Source of the DNA: Felis catus
Lineage: Eukaryota
Direction of reading: 5' to 3'
NCBI RefSeq assembly: GCF_018350175.1
Contig: NC_058368.1
Location: 13,330,001-13,394,000 of the forward strand
DNA length: 64,000 nucleotides
The notes below the pieces were generated by a model, which saw only the letters and a list, made by a program, of their open reading frames with translations, was not told where the DNA came from and made no database searches. Of this stretch, positions 26,706 through 39,157 are shown one piece after another. The translations under genes were made by a program, and so were the position numbers. Position 1 is the first letter of the stretch; each line of letters starts with the position of its first letter.

Positions 26706-27091
26706 TGAAGCCCCATAATCCATAATCCACAATCCATAATATGGCCATATGGGCCATATTGAAGGCCCATAATTCTGAGCAGTCCTTTGTGATGACCACA
26801 TCACCACTGCCTTTCCACAAAGGAATCTGTGACAGAGCTTTTGCACACATTATTCCAAGGTGTCTGAAGAATATAGTTTCCAGACTTTTAGCTCCTGTAA
26901 CACAAGAGAGAGCTTAGTAGGGCAGGATGCTGCTTTCAGCGAGATGAGAAAGATTTTTCATGGAAACATAAAAATATATAAAAATTATTTAGAAACTGCT
27001 CCGTAGTTGGTTATTGTGTTTGGTACCACTTTTTTTTTAAGACAATCTAAAAGAAATCTGCATATAAAAACAGACAAGTTTAAAAATGTTT

Positions 27092-27311
27092 AAAAAAATT
27101 TTAACGTTTATTTATTTTTGAGAGAGAGAGAGAGAGAGACAGAGCGTGAACAGGGGAGGGGCAGAAAGAGAGGGAGACGCAGAATCCAAAGCAGGTTCCA
27201 GGCTCTCAGCTGTCAGCACAGAGCCTGACATGGGGCTCGAACTCACGGACTGCGAGATCATGACCCGAGCCAAAGTCAGATGCTTAACTGACTGAGCCAC
27301 CCAGGCACTCC
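27092..27311 (-). mobile_element. Can-SINE (SINEC_Fc)
   Basis: Near-consensus body; TSD taaaaatgttt at 27081 and 27312. Confidence 0.96.
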
Positions 27312-27881
27312 TAAAAATGTTTTAAAGGCAGAGGGGAGACTTTACATTAGATGAGCTGCCTGAATATCAGTATATTTTATGAGTACATCTTTTGAATCAG
27401 CCATGCAGACACATGACATTCATTCAATATTTAACAACTGAAATGTAATACTGTATTATGCTACTTTGTGTGCATTCAAAATCACTGCTTTTATGCAAAT
27501 AACAGTGATACCTATTAATCACCAAGAAGAGGAGGCCATACCAAAACTACTTGGGATTGCTATATTTTTTATCTAGTGGTTCTCTTACCAGAACCAAAAA
27601 GACCTATTAGACTCTTCATCTGTTAAAATATATTTTTCTAGGAAATATTAAATGTTGCTAGTATCAGAAGTCTTTCACAGAGGTTTTAATAAATGGATAC
27701 ATATATGTTACATGAAAAATCTTCCTATGTATTCTCTTTAAAAAGCAGAGTTTTGGACAAAAATTTTAGAACATCTAGGCTGGGCTTAGGGAGGTGGCAC
27801 TCACTCTTCCACAGTGGCCACTGATTGGGTAGGAAGTGAAAAGATGGCAAAAAAGAAAACCTACTTCTATTTTCCTGTCTC

Positions 27882-27885
<4 letters not shown>

Positions 27886-27919
<34 letters not shown>
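27886..27919. repeat. (CT)n microsatellite
   Basis: About 17 CT units. Confidence 0.97.
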
Positions 27920-27921
<2 letters not shown>

Positions 27922-27938
27922 CACTAAAATAGGGAATG

Positions 27939-28179
27939 CAGTAAAACCTTGGTTTGTGAGCACAATTTGTTCTGAAAACATGCTTGTAATACAACGTAAT
28001 TGTGTATCAAAGCGAATTTCAAGAACTATTGGCTCAGTTGTGATCATGTGATGTTCGACGTCACGTACTACTCCTATTGCAAGACATTGCTCGTTTATCA
28101 AGTTAAAACGTATTAGAAATGTTTGTGCCTCTGGTGGAACACTCACAGAACAAGTTACTCGCAATCCAAGGTTTTACTG
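27939..28179. mobile_element. Non-autonomous Tc1/mariner (Tigger/pogo-like) DNA transposon, MITE
   Basis: Terminal inverted repeats cagtaaaaccttggtttgtgag and ctcgcaatccaaggttttactg match at 20/22; right flank is TA, left flank is TG (decayed TA TSD); 241 bp long. Confidence 0.85.
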
Positions 28180-30734
28180 TATATTTAGTTATAAAACCTG
28201 ATGGGTCGTCCTTCATGTAAGTCTCAGCATAATAGCTTAAGGGAGGCAGGAGCAGAGTGTTTCAAACCACTGACTCTGAGAGCCCTGGGATCATTTTTGT
28301 TGGCGTGTTCTAACTTGCTGGAGTTGAACACATGCTACATGGCTAACTGAACTAAGCACTGAAAAAAGACAGCCTTGATCCCCGGAGCATGTCATTAAAG
28401 CATGGTAACTAGGGTACTGGGTCACCGCAAAGCTACTCCTGAAAGTAAGTAACAGACAGAGGAGAAAACAGCCCATGGAATATTAATGCACATTTCGCTG
28501 AAGGAAGAAATATGCTCCATTTGCAGTGCCCCTATGACCTGCTGCCCTAATTTACATGCCCTTGGACTTACACACTCTCAAGGCATCAGTCTGTGGTTTC
28601 TGTTCCTCTCTCGTGTGTTTATTTCTTAAAATAGGTGAACTTTTTGAAAGAGCAGAAACAACAAGATGTATTAAACACAAAACGAAGTCAAGTCCAAGGA
28701 CAGAAACTACTCTATGGTGGTTGCCCAGAGGACCACCGATGCCAGAAATCACACTGGTGGGGAGGGGAGAAGGTGGCAAGAGCACTTCCCTCACCTTCAT
28801 TCTGCATTTGCCAAGTCCTCAGGCTGCTAGAGGAGTCCCCATCCTTACTCTAAGCAATGGATCCTTTCACTACCCACTAGAAGCGTGGTCTTTGAGGATT
28901 CTCAAAGAGCAGAATCGCTGAAGAAAGAGACCTCAGAAAACAGTGCTATGCATTTCCATCCCAATAGGGATCCAGAGCCCAGCCACAGTATGTAAGTGTT
29001 TGGTACATTTACCTTTAAGCAAAATTAAACATATTTGTCAAACTGAAATGCCATTATTGACTCAACCATTGTAAAGCAGCTTAAGCACCAATCTATGAAT
29101 GATGATTTAAAGTAAAAATACAGCAGAGGAGGCTCCAAAACGCCTTATGCTGCACCATGTAAGAATGGTAATAATGTAATAGTCCCCAGAGCCCAAATCA
29201 GGCACATGCTGCTCCAGAAAACTGGTGAGACTCTGAAAAGTAGAACTCACTTAAGAAAAAATATTCCATCGAAACTGTTATTCAACTTAAGGTGGTATAC
29301 ACCATTTTCTTTCAGCCTCTGAAATTTCCCTGTCATTTAGTTTCTGAGAAAGCATGACTCAGCAGATTTTTACAACTGTTTTATTCGGTTGGAGAGAGAT
29401 GATAAAGGTCACAGTTCCACCGCTGTTTTCAGGTGTGACCTGGTCCTAAAGGGGCCTCGTCCAGTAGGGTGCTGCACAGGTGGAGCAGGGGAGCCATGGC
29501 CTCTTAGGGAGAAGAAGCAGGTCCTAAGACAGAGCTCATCATTATAGAAATTAACCTGGTTTGGCATTTATATTTCCATGTGAGTATAGTCATAAAACAT
29601 AATCTGCACAATTTTAGATCAGATTCGACCTCTATTTTACAAGGAACAAAAACACAAGTTATATAATTGGTCATCTCCCTTGCGCAAAGATGCCATCGAT
29701 TATTATTCCATTACTTTCCTTCTTAGTTAAGCTGTTGAAGTTGAATTTAAAAGCAATGGTCTACAAGAACAGGCATTTAACATATAGTTGATTGATCGAA
29801 GGAAATAAGAGGAGGTCCACAGAGAAACTACGTGCACAATGAAAATCATTGATTAAAACAACATAGTCAGCCTGGTGTTCATAGTTTACTTAACAAGTGG
29901 GTGCACCCCTAAAATCAATTTCACAATATGGAAAATGTGGATAAACATAATGTAGTTGAAAATAATGATCTATACAATTATGGATCGAGAACCAATTCAA
30001 AGGAAATCAAAAGGTTCATAAGGGAAAATGGGAAAAGATGAGGAGAAGTGGACAAAATATATCATAAGAAGCTCCAAGAAGGAATGGAGTGAGGCATGAG
30101 AGCGAAGAGGTCTGAGGCAGATAGTAGTTTTCCAGTTCATCACTTGCTCTCTTTAAGGGTACCATTTTCATTCTGGAAAGGTTTCTTGGATGAGGTGAGT
30201 TTTTAAATGAAGGATTGGGAGAAAATGGTGAGGCTGGCTGTCAGAGCAGAATATCACTCTCAGCAGCAGGGGAGAATGCCTGCATGCTAAAAAGAAATGC
30301 AGGGTGGCCGCGAGAGGAGCCTGTGCACTAGGCTGGAAGGAAACAGTGAAGGAGATGCCAGGCGATGCACTGTGGCAGTTAATACGCAGGCACCTCGGGG
30401 GATGGCAGGCCTAACAATAACCACATCAAAATACAATTCAATATCGAGAGGGAAGGATGTTGTGAGGAATTTAAATCAAATAAAAATAAAGACCATCAAA
30501 GCACAGAGAGAATAAAGGATATTAAAAACAATAAAGGGTGGCCGAACTCTGTCTCCTGCACTACATCATCATCAAAATCCCCTTCCCTGCTCTGGATTCT
30601 GAAGACTTTGTGACCAGGTGGGGGATGCGGCACTCACAACCTTCACGTTTCCAGAAATAGCAGCAGGTGATGCAAACTTTCCCATCAGGAACTAGATATT
30701 TTTATCTTTCTGTCATCCTTAAGGAAAAAATAAA

Positions 30735-30975
30735 AATAATCATAGCTTGTGTTGTCGAGTGCTTCCTATTTGGCAGGCACTGTTCTGAGCACTTCGCGCA
30801 TGAACTTATGCTATCCTCAGAACAGCTCTGTGCTATAATTATCCCCATTTTTTGGTGGAGAAAAATGAGGAACAGAAAAGTAACTCTCCCAGAGTCGCAC
30901 AGACAGTAAGCAAGGAAGCCTGGATACAAACCCAGGTAATTGGCTCCAGAGTCTGCGTTCATTACCTCCATGCCG
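30735..30975 (-). mobile_element. MIR SINE
   Basis: gagtgcttcctatttggcaggcactgttctgagcactt...tatccccatttttt...aaatgaggaacagaaaagtaactctcccagagtcgcacag...ggctccagagtc. Confidence 0.85.
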
Positions 30976-30977
30976 CC

Positions 30978-31121
30978 GTCTCCTGAGATACCAGCACCAA
31001 TGCTGACTATGACCTTGGACAAGGTGCTGTCTCCTGAGATACCAGCACCAGTGCTATGACCTTGGACAAGGTGCTGTCTCCTGAGATACCAGCACCAGTG
31101 CTGACTATGACCTTGGACAAG
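30978..31121. repeat. Minisatellite, about 3 copies of a 51-bp unit
   Basis: gtctcctgagataccagcacca(a/g)tgctgactatgaccttggacaaggtgct at 30978, 31029 (4-bp deletion) and 31076 (truncated). Confidence 0.95.
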
Positions 31122-34100
31122 TTGGCATTCCCTTCTAAAGACCACACTATCAGATGCAGATGGGACCCATAGATGCAAATCGAGTTGTTTCCATGAGGTG
31201 CACGATGTGGACACAGGAACATGCATGCTTGCCTGTGCCAGGACCTCGGGGGATATTCCCCCGTCCCCAAGGGGGCGGGGATGTACTCTTCATGTTTGGT
31301 GCCCTTCATGTTTGGTTCACTTATGAGAATTCTAACTTATTCCTAGTTCTCAGAGAAATTTTTATTGTCATCTCGTGTCTTTTTCCAAATTTAAGCGACT
31401 GGTAGGCTCTTTATAAATCCTAGTTTGCTATCAGATTTAACTTTTAAAATAAGACCCTATCCTACAGTTTCCTAAGATAGCTAACCAAGTACTCGGTAAT
31501 ACACACTCTTGTCTGTAAAAATTAGACCTTAAATTTATCTGGATTCTCTAATTATTGTCATTTCTTTTCTTAAAGCATGATACTGAATTTCTGGATTTGC
31601 AAATTTATAGTATGTGTTCTTCTGTGTTTGTCCTTTGGTGAGCATGCCATCCGTTGCTGATTTACAAGATCACATTCATCTCAGAGTAACGGCAGTACAC
31701 TAGATGAGGGTTATGAAGGTGGTAGGGAGGAAGAATAATAGAATTTGTGCTAACCGAAAAAAACACATAAATATGTATTCTGAATAGAGAAATGATAGCT
31801 GAGCAAATGAACTATAAAGTTGAATAAGAAAGAATAAAAGAATAAAGAATAGAGAATGAAAGGATAAAGAATAAAAATTCTTTCATGAGAGAGAAAAATG
31901 CTGATGCTGATAAGGATGTATTTTCTTTTAAGAATTTGGTAGAGGTCTTCCTGCTGAAGGTAATATGCACTGCTGAACACTTTTGCTATTCTCCGGCCCT
32001 CCATCCATCCTTGTCGTGATAATTTTAGAACACAGTGTAGCATCTTCTTTCTTGGCTCCGATAAATTGCAGTGGTTGCCGCTCATCTTCTTTAACAAGAG
32101 TTCTATCCTTCTATAAAAATGGGCATCTGAGTGTAATAGGCCATCTAAGCCCCTAAAGATATCTTGGGTTGGAGAAAGAGAAAGACTTACAAATGAGGCA
32201 ATAAAAAATAAATTACACAACATTAAATTTACTAAGTAAGCAAGATAATAGAGTCTGAAAGCCAAAGGTGCTGAGTGAGCAAGCTTCCATTCCATTCAGA
32301 TCTCAGCTTCGATGTGACCTGCATGCTAATCTTGCTGTGCGTAAGACGCATTGTCGAGATGGCACTCATTATTGGCATTAGTCATTCAGTTTGTATGATA
32401 TGTTTCATTACTAACCTTCTCTTTTCCAAAGCCTATAACTGAGTGGTAAAAATTTATATCTTCTGTTATTTTTAAAGGACCAAATTTGGCATACAAATTC
32501 TAGTGCTTAAAATGGAATTTTATTTGAGGAGAAAATTGGGCTGCATTTGAACAAGACTCTATTAAATATTACCCAAGGTTACTAGCTTAACTGTTAAATC
32601 TAAGGATGAGAAAAGCAGTTAATACCGTGGGGGATAGTATTTTTACTTCTGTGTGCACAATACAAACAGACTGGCAACTATGTGAAAATACTGATCTGGC
32701 AAGTTGGGAGACCCAGAAGACTCAGTTCCTTTTTGGGCACTCAGGGGAAGTATTTCTGGGAACGAGGCATCAAGAGTAAAGCCTTACAATATATCCTTCA
32801 GGTCTTGAAAAAAAAAGCCAAGGAGGTTTATAAGTGGGAACGGGCTGCAAGCAAAAACAGAGATGAGATAGATCTCATGGCTTAGTTGGTACCTAGAAAT
32901 CTAGGGCAGTGCAGGTGTGCTTATGTGCTTCCAGTGTATGTTAAACTTGTGTGTGGCATGGCCTCTCCCCCAGCAAACTGGGGCACTTGATGTCATTACT
33001 GGACATCAGGTCATTGACCCAAGGCAGCATTTCTCAGCATTATAAAGCTTGTGCCCCCTTTTGGTACACTGGACAAACTTACCACTCCCCCCAAACCCTA
33101 GTTTTCCCCACAGTGGTCTAAGTTGGGTCACATTAAAATGGAAATACAATGGCCACTCCAACACAAGACTTCACATTTATTTAATTCTTACTAAGTAGTA
33201 ATTAATTAGTAATTAGATATATTAGATCCATTTGTAAGAGTAAGTTTTAATTTGAGAGAAAGGAATTTGAGAGGAAATGCCTTTCACAGTGCCACATACA
33301 TAGCAGGGTCTCAGAAAGGTTAGTTCTCTAGCTGGATTGCTCGTGGTAAGATGGATAAAGGGAGGCCAATGTTTCCATTGAAACACGAATGATTCCAATG
33401 AATCCCTACCAGATTCTGTACTTACTTGACAAGTTTTACTCAGCCTGGGCCTGTCAGTGTCCACCAGTGATGAGGAAATTCCCACTGGGCTGATTGTCCA
33501 AGAGAAGCTAGAGTTGTTACAAGCAGACAGAAGAAAGTCTACAAAGAGTTAGTGGAGTTATTGGCTCTAATATTTTGTATGAGGCGATTTCTTCCTCAGA
33601 GTGTTAGTGTCCTAAAGCTTCATTTATCTTATTATTTATTTATTTTGCATGACGGTTTCTCCCATGGTCCATTCATTCACATATAAGCTCTAAACAGACA
33701 GAACTGAATCTTCTTCAAGGCGTGGAGAGCCCATAGCCTGGAGCTCCCAGCCCCCAGGGTTGGTTCATTAGACTGAAGATCAGTCTTTGCTCCTGGTGGC
33801 AGCACCTTATTCCCCCCCTAGTAGTTTCAAGCAACACCAAGTAGGCAATTACTTTTGTTAGATTACCTTGGCATAGTTTGGGTATGTAATAAATTGATGC
33901 AAGTTGCACTTCAGGTAAAAGAAATATATACCGTTTCTGGTCCATTTTCCCGGCAGTAGCTACTGTTTGGATAGAGTGAATAACTAATAATACAAATTCT
34001 AAATAGACCACAAGATACTCCATTCAGAGAAATATATGTTGACCATATCACTAATAAGTTTTAAAAATCTTTAATTTATCGATCTATTAGGAACTGGAGA

Positions 34101-34969
34101 TATAGGAAATCAATTGCCTATGAATTATAAAATAAAATTACTTTTTAAATGTTGTTAATTATAAAAAGAATTCTGGCCAATTTGGAAAGATTTCAGTTGA
34201 AGGCAGGTCACACATCACAGCCATTTTCTTCATTTCTGCGTGTGGTCTTACTTAGACCCCCGACACTTAAGAGTAAATCTGTTAATGAACAACTTGCATA
34301 CTTAAAACCTTGCTACATCAAAAATCTTATGCTATCTCTGTGTCTATGACCTATCAACACAGATCCCAGGTAAGATTAAATTATTATTCCTTTACACCTC
34401 TTTTAGAACCAGACATTCCTACTCAATGATCTCATTCTATTTCTTTCTCAGAGGAATTTTGAGTGGAAAGAAAACATTGTTGTAAATTGCAGTCATCACA
34501 TGTATGTGCTCTGCGGGCGGCATGCCACATTATGCTAGGCTGACCTCAGCCCCCAGCCACCCAGCGGCACTCCGCTTGAGGTATGGAAAGTCACATTGAA
34601 CAGGCAAACCTTAGACTCAGAGAGACAGTGTGGCCCAAATGGCACATCATACTCCAGGTTTCACTGAGGGTCCCAAGAAAGAGACCATGCATCCAGCCTT
34701 CTCCAAATTGTCACACTGGACCCGTGGCGAAAGCCACATCAGTGCTCATCAAGAGTAACCAGAGGCAGCAGTGACATAATACAAGACCCAAGTCACTGAG
34801 AGTGCTCTAGGACACCAACATCCAAGTCTCTGGACAATGCTGGTAGCACCCACGTGAGCTGGCAGGCTCAGCCTGCATCCCTTCTCTCCCTTCATCCTTT
34901 ATCTTCTCTTTCTCCACCACTCTTCACATTCTCATGCCTCAGTGAGCCTTCTTGTCCAGGGGAAGGCAA

Positions 34970-35260
34970 GCTTATTCATTCATTGATTAACAAGCATGTA
35001 TTGAGTACCTATTGTGTGACAGGCTCAGGAAAGGTCTCAAATACAGCTCCTTACTGCTAGGAGCTCTTTATTTAGCATAAGAGATTGACATGTAACCACT
35101 GATAAAATATTGACTAAGAACTATTTTAAAGGCTTCTTCTGTGTTGATGACACACAGAAAGGAAGAAGCAAGCAATTATGTTTTGGAGGAAAAAGAAGGA
35201 GGATGAAAGAATAAGAATCACACAACATCAGGGCAGGGTTGAAAGGAAGGCACATGTTCA
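34970..35260 (-). mobile_element. L2 3' fragment
   Basis: attcattcattgattaacaagcatgtattgagtacctattgtgtgacaggc. Confidence 0.7.
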
Positions 35261-35586
35261 GCACATTTTGCCAGGAAGCATAGGAGAGTACTAATAAGTT
35301 AATTCACACTCTGAGTGATATCATGGTTTTTCTGAAAACCCTTTATGAGTCTCAAACTGAGATGACTGCCCCAAAGCACACTGACGCTCAGCCTGCTCTG
35401 CTTGATTTCCCCATATTGGCTTTCATATCATTAATGGGCCATATCAGGTCGTGAAACTGAGTCAGTTTTGATTCTGTTCCTCCCATATACCTCACATCGC
35501 AAAATATCTAAAATGAATTCACTTGACTCAAGAAATATCAACTCAAAAATATAAAAACCTATCTAAAAATAGAAATTTAAAAGGCA

Positions 35587-35795
35587 GGGGGCGCCTGGGT
35601 GACTCAGTCAGTTATGTATCCAACTCTCGATTTCAGCTCAGGTCATGATCTCACGGTTCACGAGTCTGAGCTCCATGTTGGGCTCCACAGTCCGCTCAAT
35701 GCGGAGCCTGCTTGGGATTCTTTCTCTCTCTCCCTCTCTCTCTGCCCCTCCCCTGCTCCCTCTCTCTCAAAATAAGTAAACATGAAAAACAAAAA
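35587..35795 (+). mobile_element. Can-SINE
   Basis: ggggcgcctgggtgactcagtcagtt...(ct)n...aaaataagtaaac. Confidence 0.95.
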
Positions 35796-36338
35796 TCAAT
35801 GTCGACTTGATCCGTCCCCTCAGCTCCTTCTCCATGCCAAGTTCATGTCAACTTCCTCTTGGACTGGGAATGGTAGACTCTACTACAAGTCACGTTTTAG
35901 CAAGGAGCAGGTAGCATGTTTTAGCCTCCCGCTGTACCCGATGCCCCTTTGTGTATGCCACGGTATGTCCATGCTGTACTATGGTGCTATCCACCTGCCC
36001 TGCACTGAGCATGCCCCCACCTTTGCTCTTGTGTTCAGCTGGGTGTACGTGTATGTATTCACTATGTATGTACTACGCTTGCCACCTGAACATCCCTCCC
36101 TTGTGCTTTAATGCAGCTCCCCCTCCCCTGTCCCAGAGCTGCCTTTTCTTGTGGCAGATTCATATTCATTACTCTACTCCATGTTAAAGGCTGCCTCTAT
36201 GTTTTTTTCTTACTTCTCTTACCCATATATTGAATAGAACACAACACAATGAATTGTAAGAAATTACTTGAACAAGCTGAACACAGTAGGATACAAATAG
36301 TAACTTGATTATTTTTGTTATTACTGCCTTTTAAACTT

Positions 36339-36539
36339 TTTAAAAAAAATTTTAAATGAGAGAGAGAAAACGAGCCGGGGGAGGGACAGAGAGAGAGGGA
36401 GAGAGAGTGAACCCCAAGCAAGCTTTGCACTGGCAGCACAGAGCCCAATGAGGGGCTCAAACCCACAAATTGCCAGATCATGACCTAAGCCAAAATCAAG
36501 AGTTAGATGCGTAACCGACTGAGCCACCCAGGCGCCCCC
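36339..36539 (-). mobile_element. Can-SINE with 15-bp TSD
   Basis: Ends gactgagccacccaggcgcccc; TSD ctgccttttaaactt (36324) / ctgccggttaaactt (36539). Confidence 0.95.
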
Positions 36540-36798
36540 TGCCGGTTAAACTTCTATTTTTAGATGGGTTTTTATCTTCTGTCCTTTATATACTCTTGGG
36601 GAGAACCCATAGCTTTTCCAGTCATTCTCAGGTATTAACAAATGGTGTACTTCCAGAAACTGAAAGTGTGGACAGATTTACTGTCAATAATTGATTCTGT
36701 CACATGGGGGCTTATAATTCTGCAGCAGGGACACAGGTGATTTGTTTCTTTTCTCCTCTTTATTCCTCCTTCTCTTCCACTTGCTAGCTACTTATTTT

Positions 36799-37010
36799 TT
36801 TTTAAGCTTTGAGAGAGAGAGCATGAGTGAGTAAGGGGCAGAGAGAGAGGGAGAGAGAGAGACAATTCCACAAGAGGCAGGAAGAAAGGGACAGAGAGTG
36901 GGAGAGGGAAAGAGAGTGAGGAACTCAAAGCAGTGTTTGAACTATTGAGCCACGAGAGCATGACCTGAGCCAAAGCTGGATGCTTAACCCACTGAGCCAC
37001 TGAGGCTCCC
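36799..37010 (-). mobile_element. Can-SINE, internally rearranged
   Basis: TSD cttgcta(g/a)ctacttatttt at 36780 and 37011; GA-rich block expanded and central part missing. Confidence 0.88.
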
Positions 37011-37394
37011 CTTGCTAACTACTTATTTTGGCCTTTCCTTACTTGGTTGTAGGGAGCACAAAGGGATGGGGGTAACAGAAATGAATCCAGAAAAAAAGTT
37101 CCAGTGTTAACATGGCTAATGTGGTTGTATCCTGGGGGCAAGGTCAATTGTGCATATCCAATGACCAAATTCTGTCTCTTTCTTGTGTGGGGATTTGGTA
37201 GAATCTTTAGAGAACCACCCTTCTCCTCCTTTGCCACCTGGGCCATCTCACTATCATTTCCAAAACAAGCTAAGCTTCTCCTAGCTGGTTCTGAATGGAT
37301 TCTCTTCACCCCGGGCATCTGGCTATCCAAGGAACAGGACCTTATGCTGATGGCCACCTTGCTCCACAGGTGATCAATTCAACAGAAGTATTTT

Positions 37395-37590
37395 AATTTT
37401 TTTAAATGTTTATTTTGGAGAGAGAGAGAGAGAGAGAGAACATGTGTGAGCAGAGGGGCAGAGAGAGAGGGGGATAGAGGATCCAAAGTAAGCTCTGTGA
37501 TGACTGCAGAAAGTCCAATGCAGGGCTCGAACCCATGAACCGTAAGATCATGACCTGAGCTGCAATTGGACGCTCAACCAACTGAGCCCC
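37395..37590 (-). mobile_element. Can-SINE, 5' end shortened
   Basis: aaatgtttattttggagagag...gatcatgacctgagctg...cgctcaaccaactgagcccc. Confidence 0.92.
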
Positions 37591-37596
37591 GTATTT

Positions 37597-38410
37597 TTAA
37601 AACAAAATTTTAGCTTTAGAATAGTTTTAGATTTACAGAAAAGTTGCCAAGTTGATACAGAGAGTGCCCATATACTTCACATCTAGTTTCATCTATTGTT
37701 AACATCTTACATTAGTATTGGTACATTTGACACAACTAATGGACCAATATTTATACTTTAGTATTAGCTAAAATCTATACTGTATTCAGATTACCTTATT
37801 TTTAAAAAATCTAGTGTCCTCTTCCCATTCTGGGATCTCATCCAGGATGCCACATTACTTTTAGTCCTCATGTCTCCTTAGGCTTCTCTTAGCCGTGACT
37901 GTTTTTAAGACTTTTCTTGGTTTTGATGAGCTTGACAGACTTTGATGAGTACTGGTCAGATATTTTGTGAATGTTCTTAATTGAGATTTTTCTGATGTTT
38001 TTTCCTGAGTATACTGAAGTTATGGGTTTGGGGGAGGAAGACCACAGAGGTAAAGTGCCATTCTCACCACATTACCTCTGGACTTATCACTGTTGATGTT
38101 GACCTTGATCGCTTGGCTGAATAGTGTTTGTCAGGTTTTTGCATTGGAAAGTTACTCCTTATGTTTCTTCTTTCCACACTGTACTCTTTGGAAGGAAGTC
38201 ACTCTTCTCAGGCCACACTGAAGGAGTGGGGATAGGTGGGGGGTGGGGGGTTATGTGCCCATTACCTTGAGGAAGAGTAGCTACAGACACTGTTTGAAAT
38301 TCTTCTGCATGGGAAATTTGTTGGTCTCATTGATCTGTTTATGTATTCATTTATTTATATCACCATGGACTTGCAAATAATTATTTTATATTTTGGGTTG
38401 CGATCCAACA
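37597..38410 (-). mobile_element. L1MC/L1MD-like 3' region (antisense)
   Basis: tttagaatagttttagatttacagaaaagttgc...tacagagagtgcccatatac...tattgttaacatcttacattag...ggaagaccacagaggtaaagtgccattctcaccacat. Confidence 0.85.
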
Positions 38411-38779
38411 GAATCTTTTTAAGACAACTCCAGGCCTTTTGCAAGTTCATTTGACCCAGGGGGAGACTCACCCGTCTTTGCCCCCAGAAGCCATGTAAAT
38501 GTAGAGCGTCCTAGCATAGCACTTTACTTCTGCCTGGGCTTCTCTGGCCAGCCCCGTGCCTTTAGTTTTTGGGTATGCATCAGGGGGCATCAGTTGCTAC
38601 TTCTCCCACCTCTAGGAGACACCTATGAAGTTCATTCTTGCAAGTTCCTTCATTTAGCCAAGGCACTCAGATGATTCTCTCTAAAGTAACCCTTGTTATT
38701 GACTTCTCTGATACATTCCTTAGCCTAAATTTAAACAGCCTTGAAGGGACAGGTGAGTTGAGAGTTACAAAGGCATCTT

Positions 38780-38946
38780 GGGACGCCTGGGTGGCTCAGT
38801 TGGTTAAGCATCCAACTTCGGCTCAGGTCATGATCTCATGGTTTGTGAGTTCGAGCCCTGTGTTGGGCTCTGTGCTGACAGCTCAGAGCCTGGAGCCTGC
38901 TTCGGATTCTGTGTCTGCCTCTCTCTCTGCTTCTCCCCTGCTCATG

Positions 38947-38982
<36 letters not shown>

Positions 38983-39020
38983 AATAAATATTTTTTAAAA
39001 ATTAAAAAAAAAAAAACAAC
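38780..39020 (+). mobile_element. Can-SINE (SINEC_Fc) with 12-bp TSD
   Basis: TSD caaaggcatctt at 38768 and 39021. Confidence 0.96.
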
Positions 39021-39157
39021 CAAAGGCATCTTTACACATGCTTAGCCTTTTCTGTGTAGGGGGTCTGTCATTTATTGTTCTTCAAATTTGAAGCCAAAGT
39101 TGAGTGTTCTCCAAAGAGGAACACTCGTATTTAGTATCCTGTTATGCTGTCGTAGTT

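Noticed and set aside
28291..28921. Splice-acceptor-like sites on both strands with short ORFs
   Set aside because: No matching strong donors or recognisable peptides; consistent with background.
30978..31121. CRISPR-like array; ORFs 30702-31226 and 31007-31309 with repeated peptide
   Set aside because: The units are contiguous with no unique spacers, there are no cas genes and the context is mammalian. The repeated peptide is just the translated minisatellite, and the 4-bp deletion breaks the frame.
31750..32295. Longest ORF (181 aa, minus strand) with a hydrophobic C-terminus
   Set aside because: No recognisable domain; the hydrophobic part comes from a gaata/aaaga low-complexity stretch; no convincing exon boundaries.
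35587..35660. tRNA gene (A/B box-like motifs in SINE heads)
   Set aside because: This is the tRNA-derived head of a Can-SINE, with no cloverleaf.
38638..39045. Recurrent 'AQVMIS...SLEPASDSVS' peptides here and in ORFs at 9425, 20762, 27112 and 50066
   Set aside because: These are translations of the Can-SINE consensus, not a gene family.
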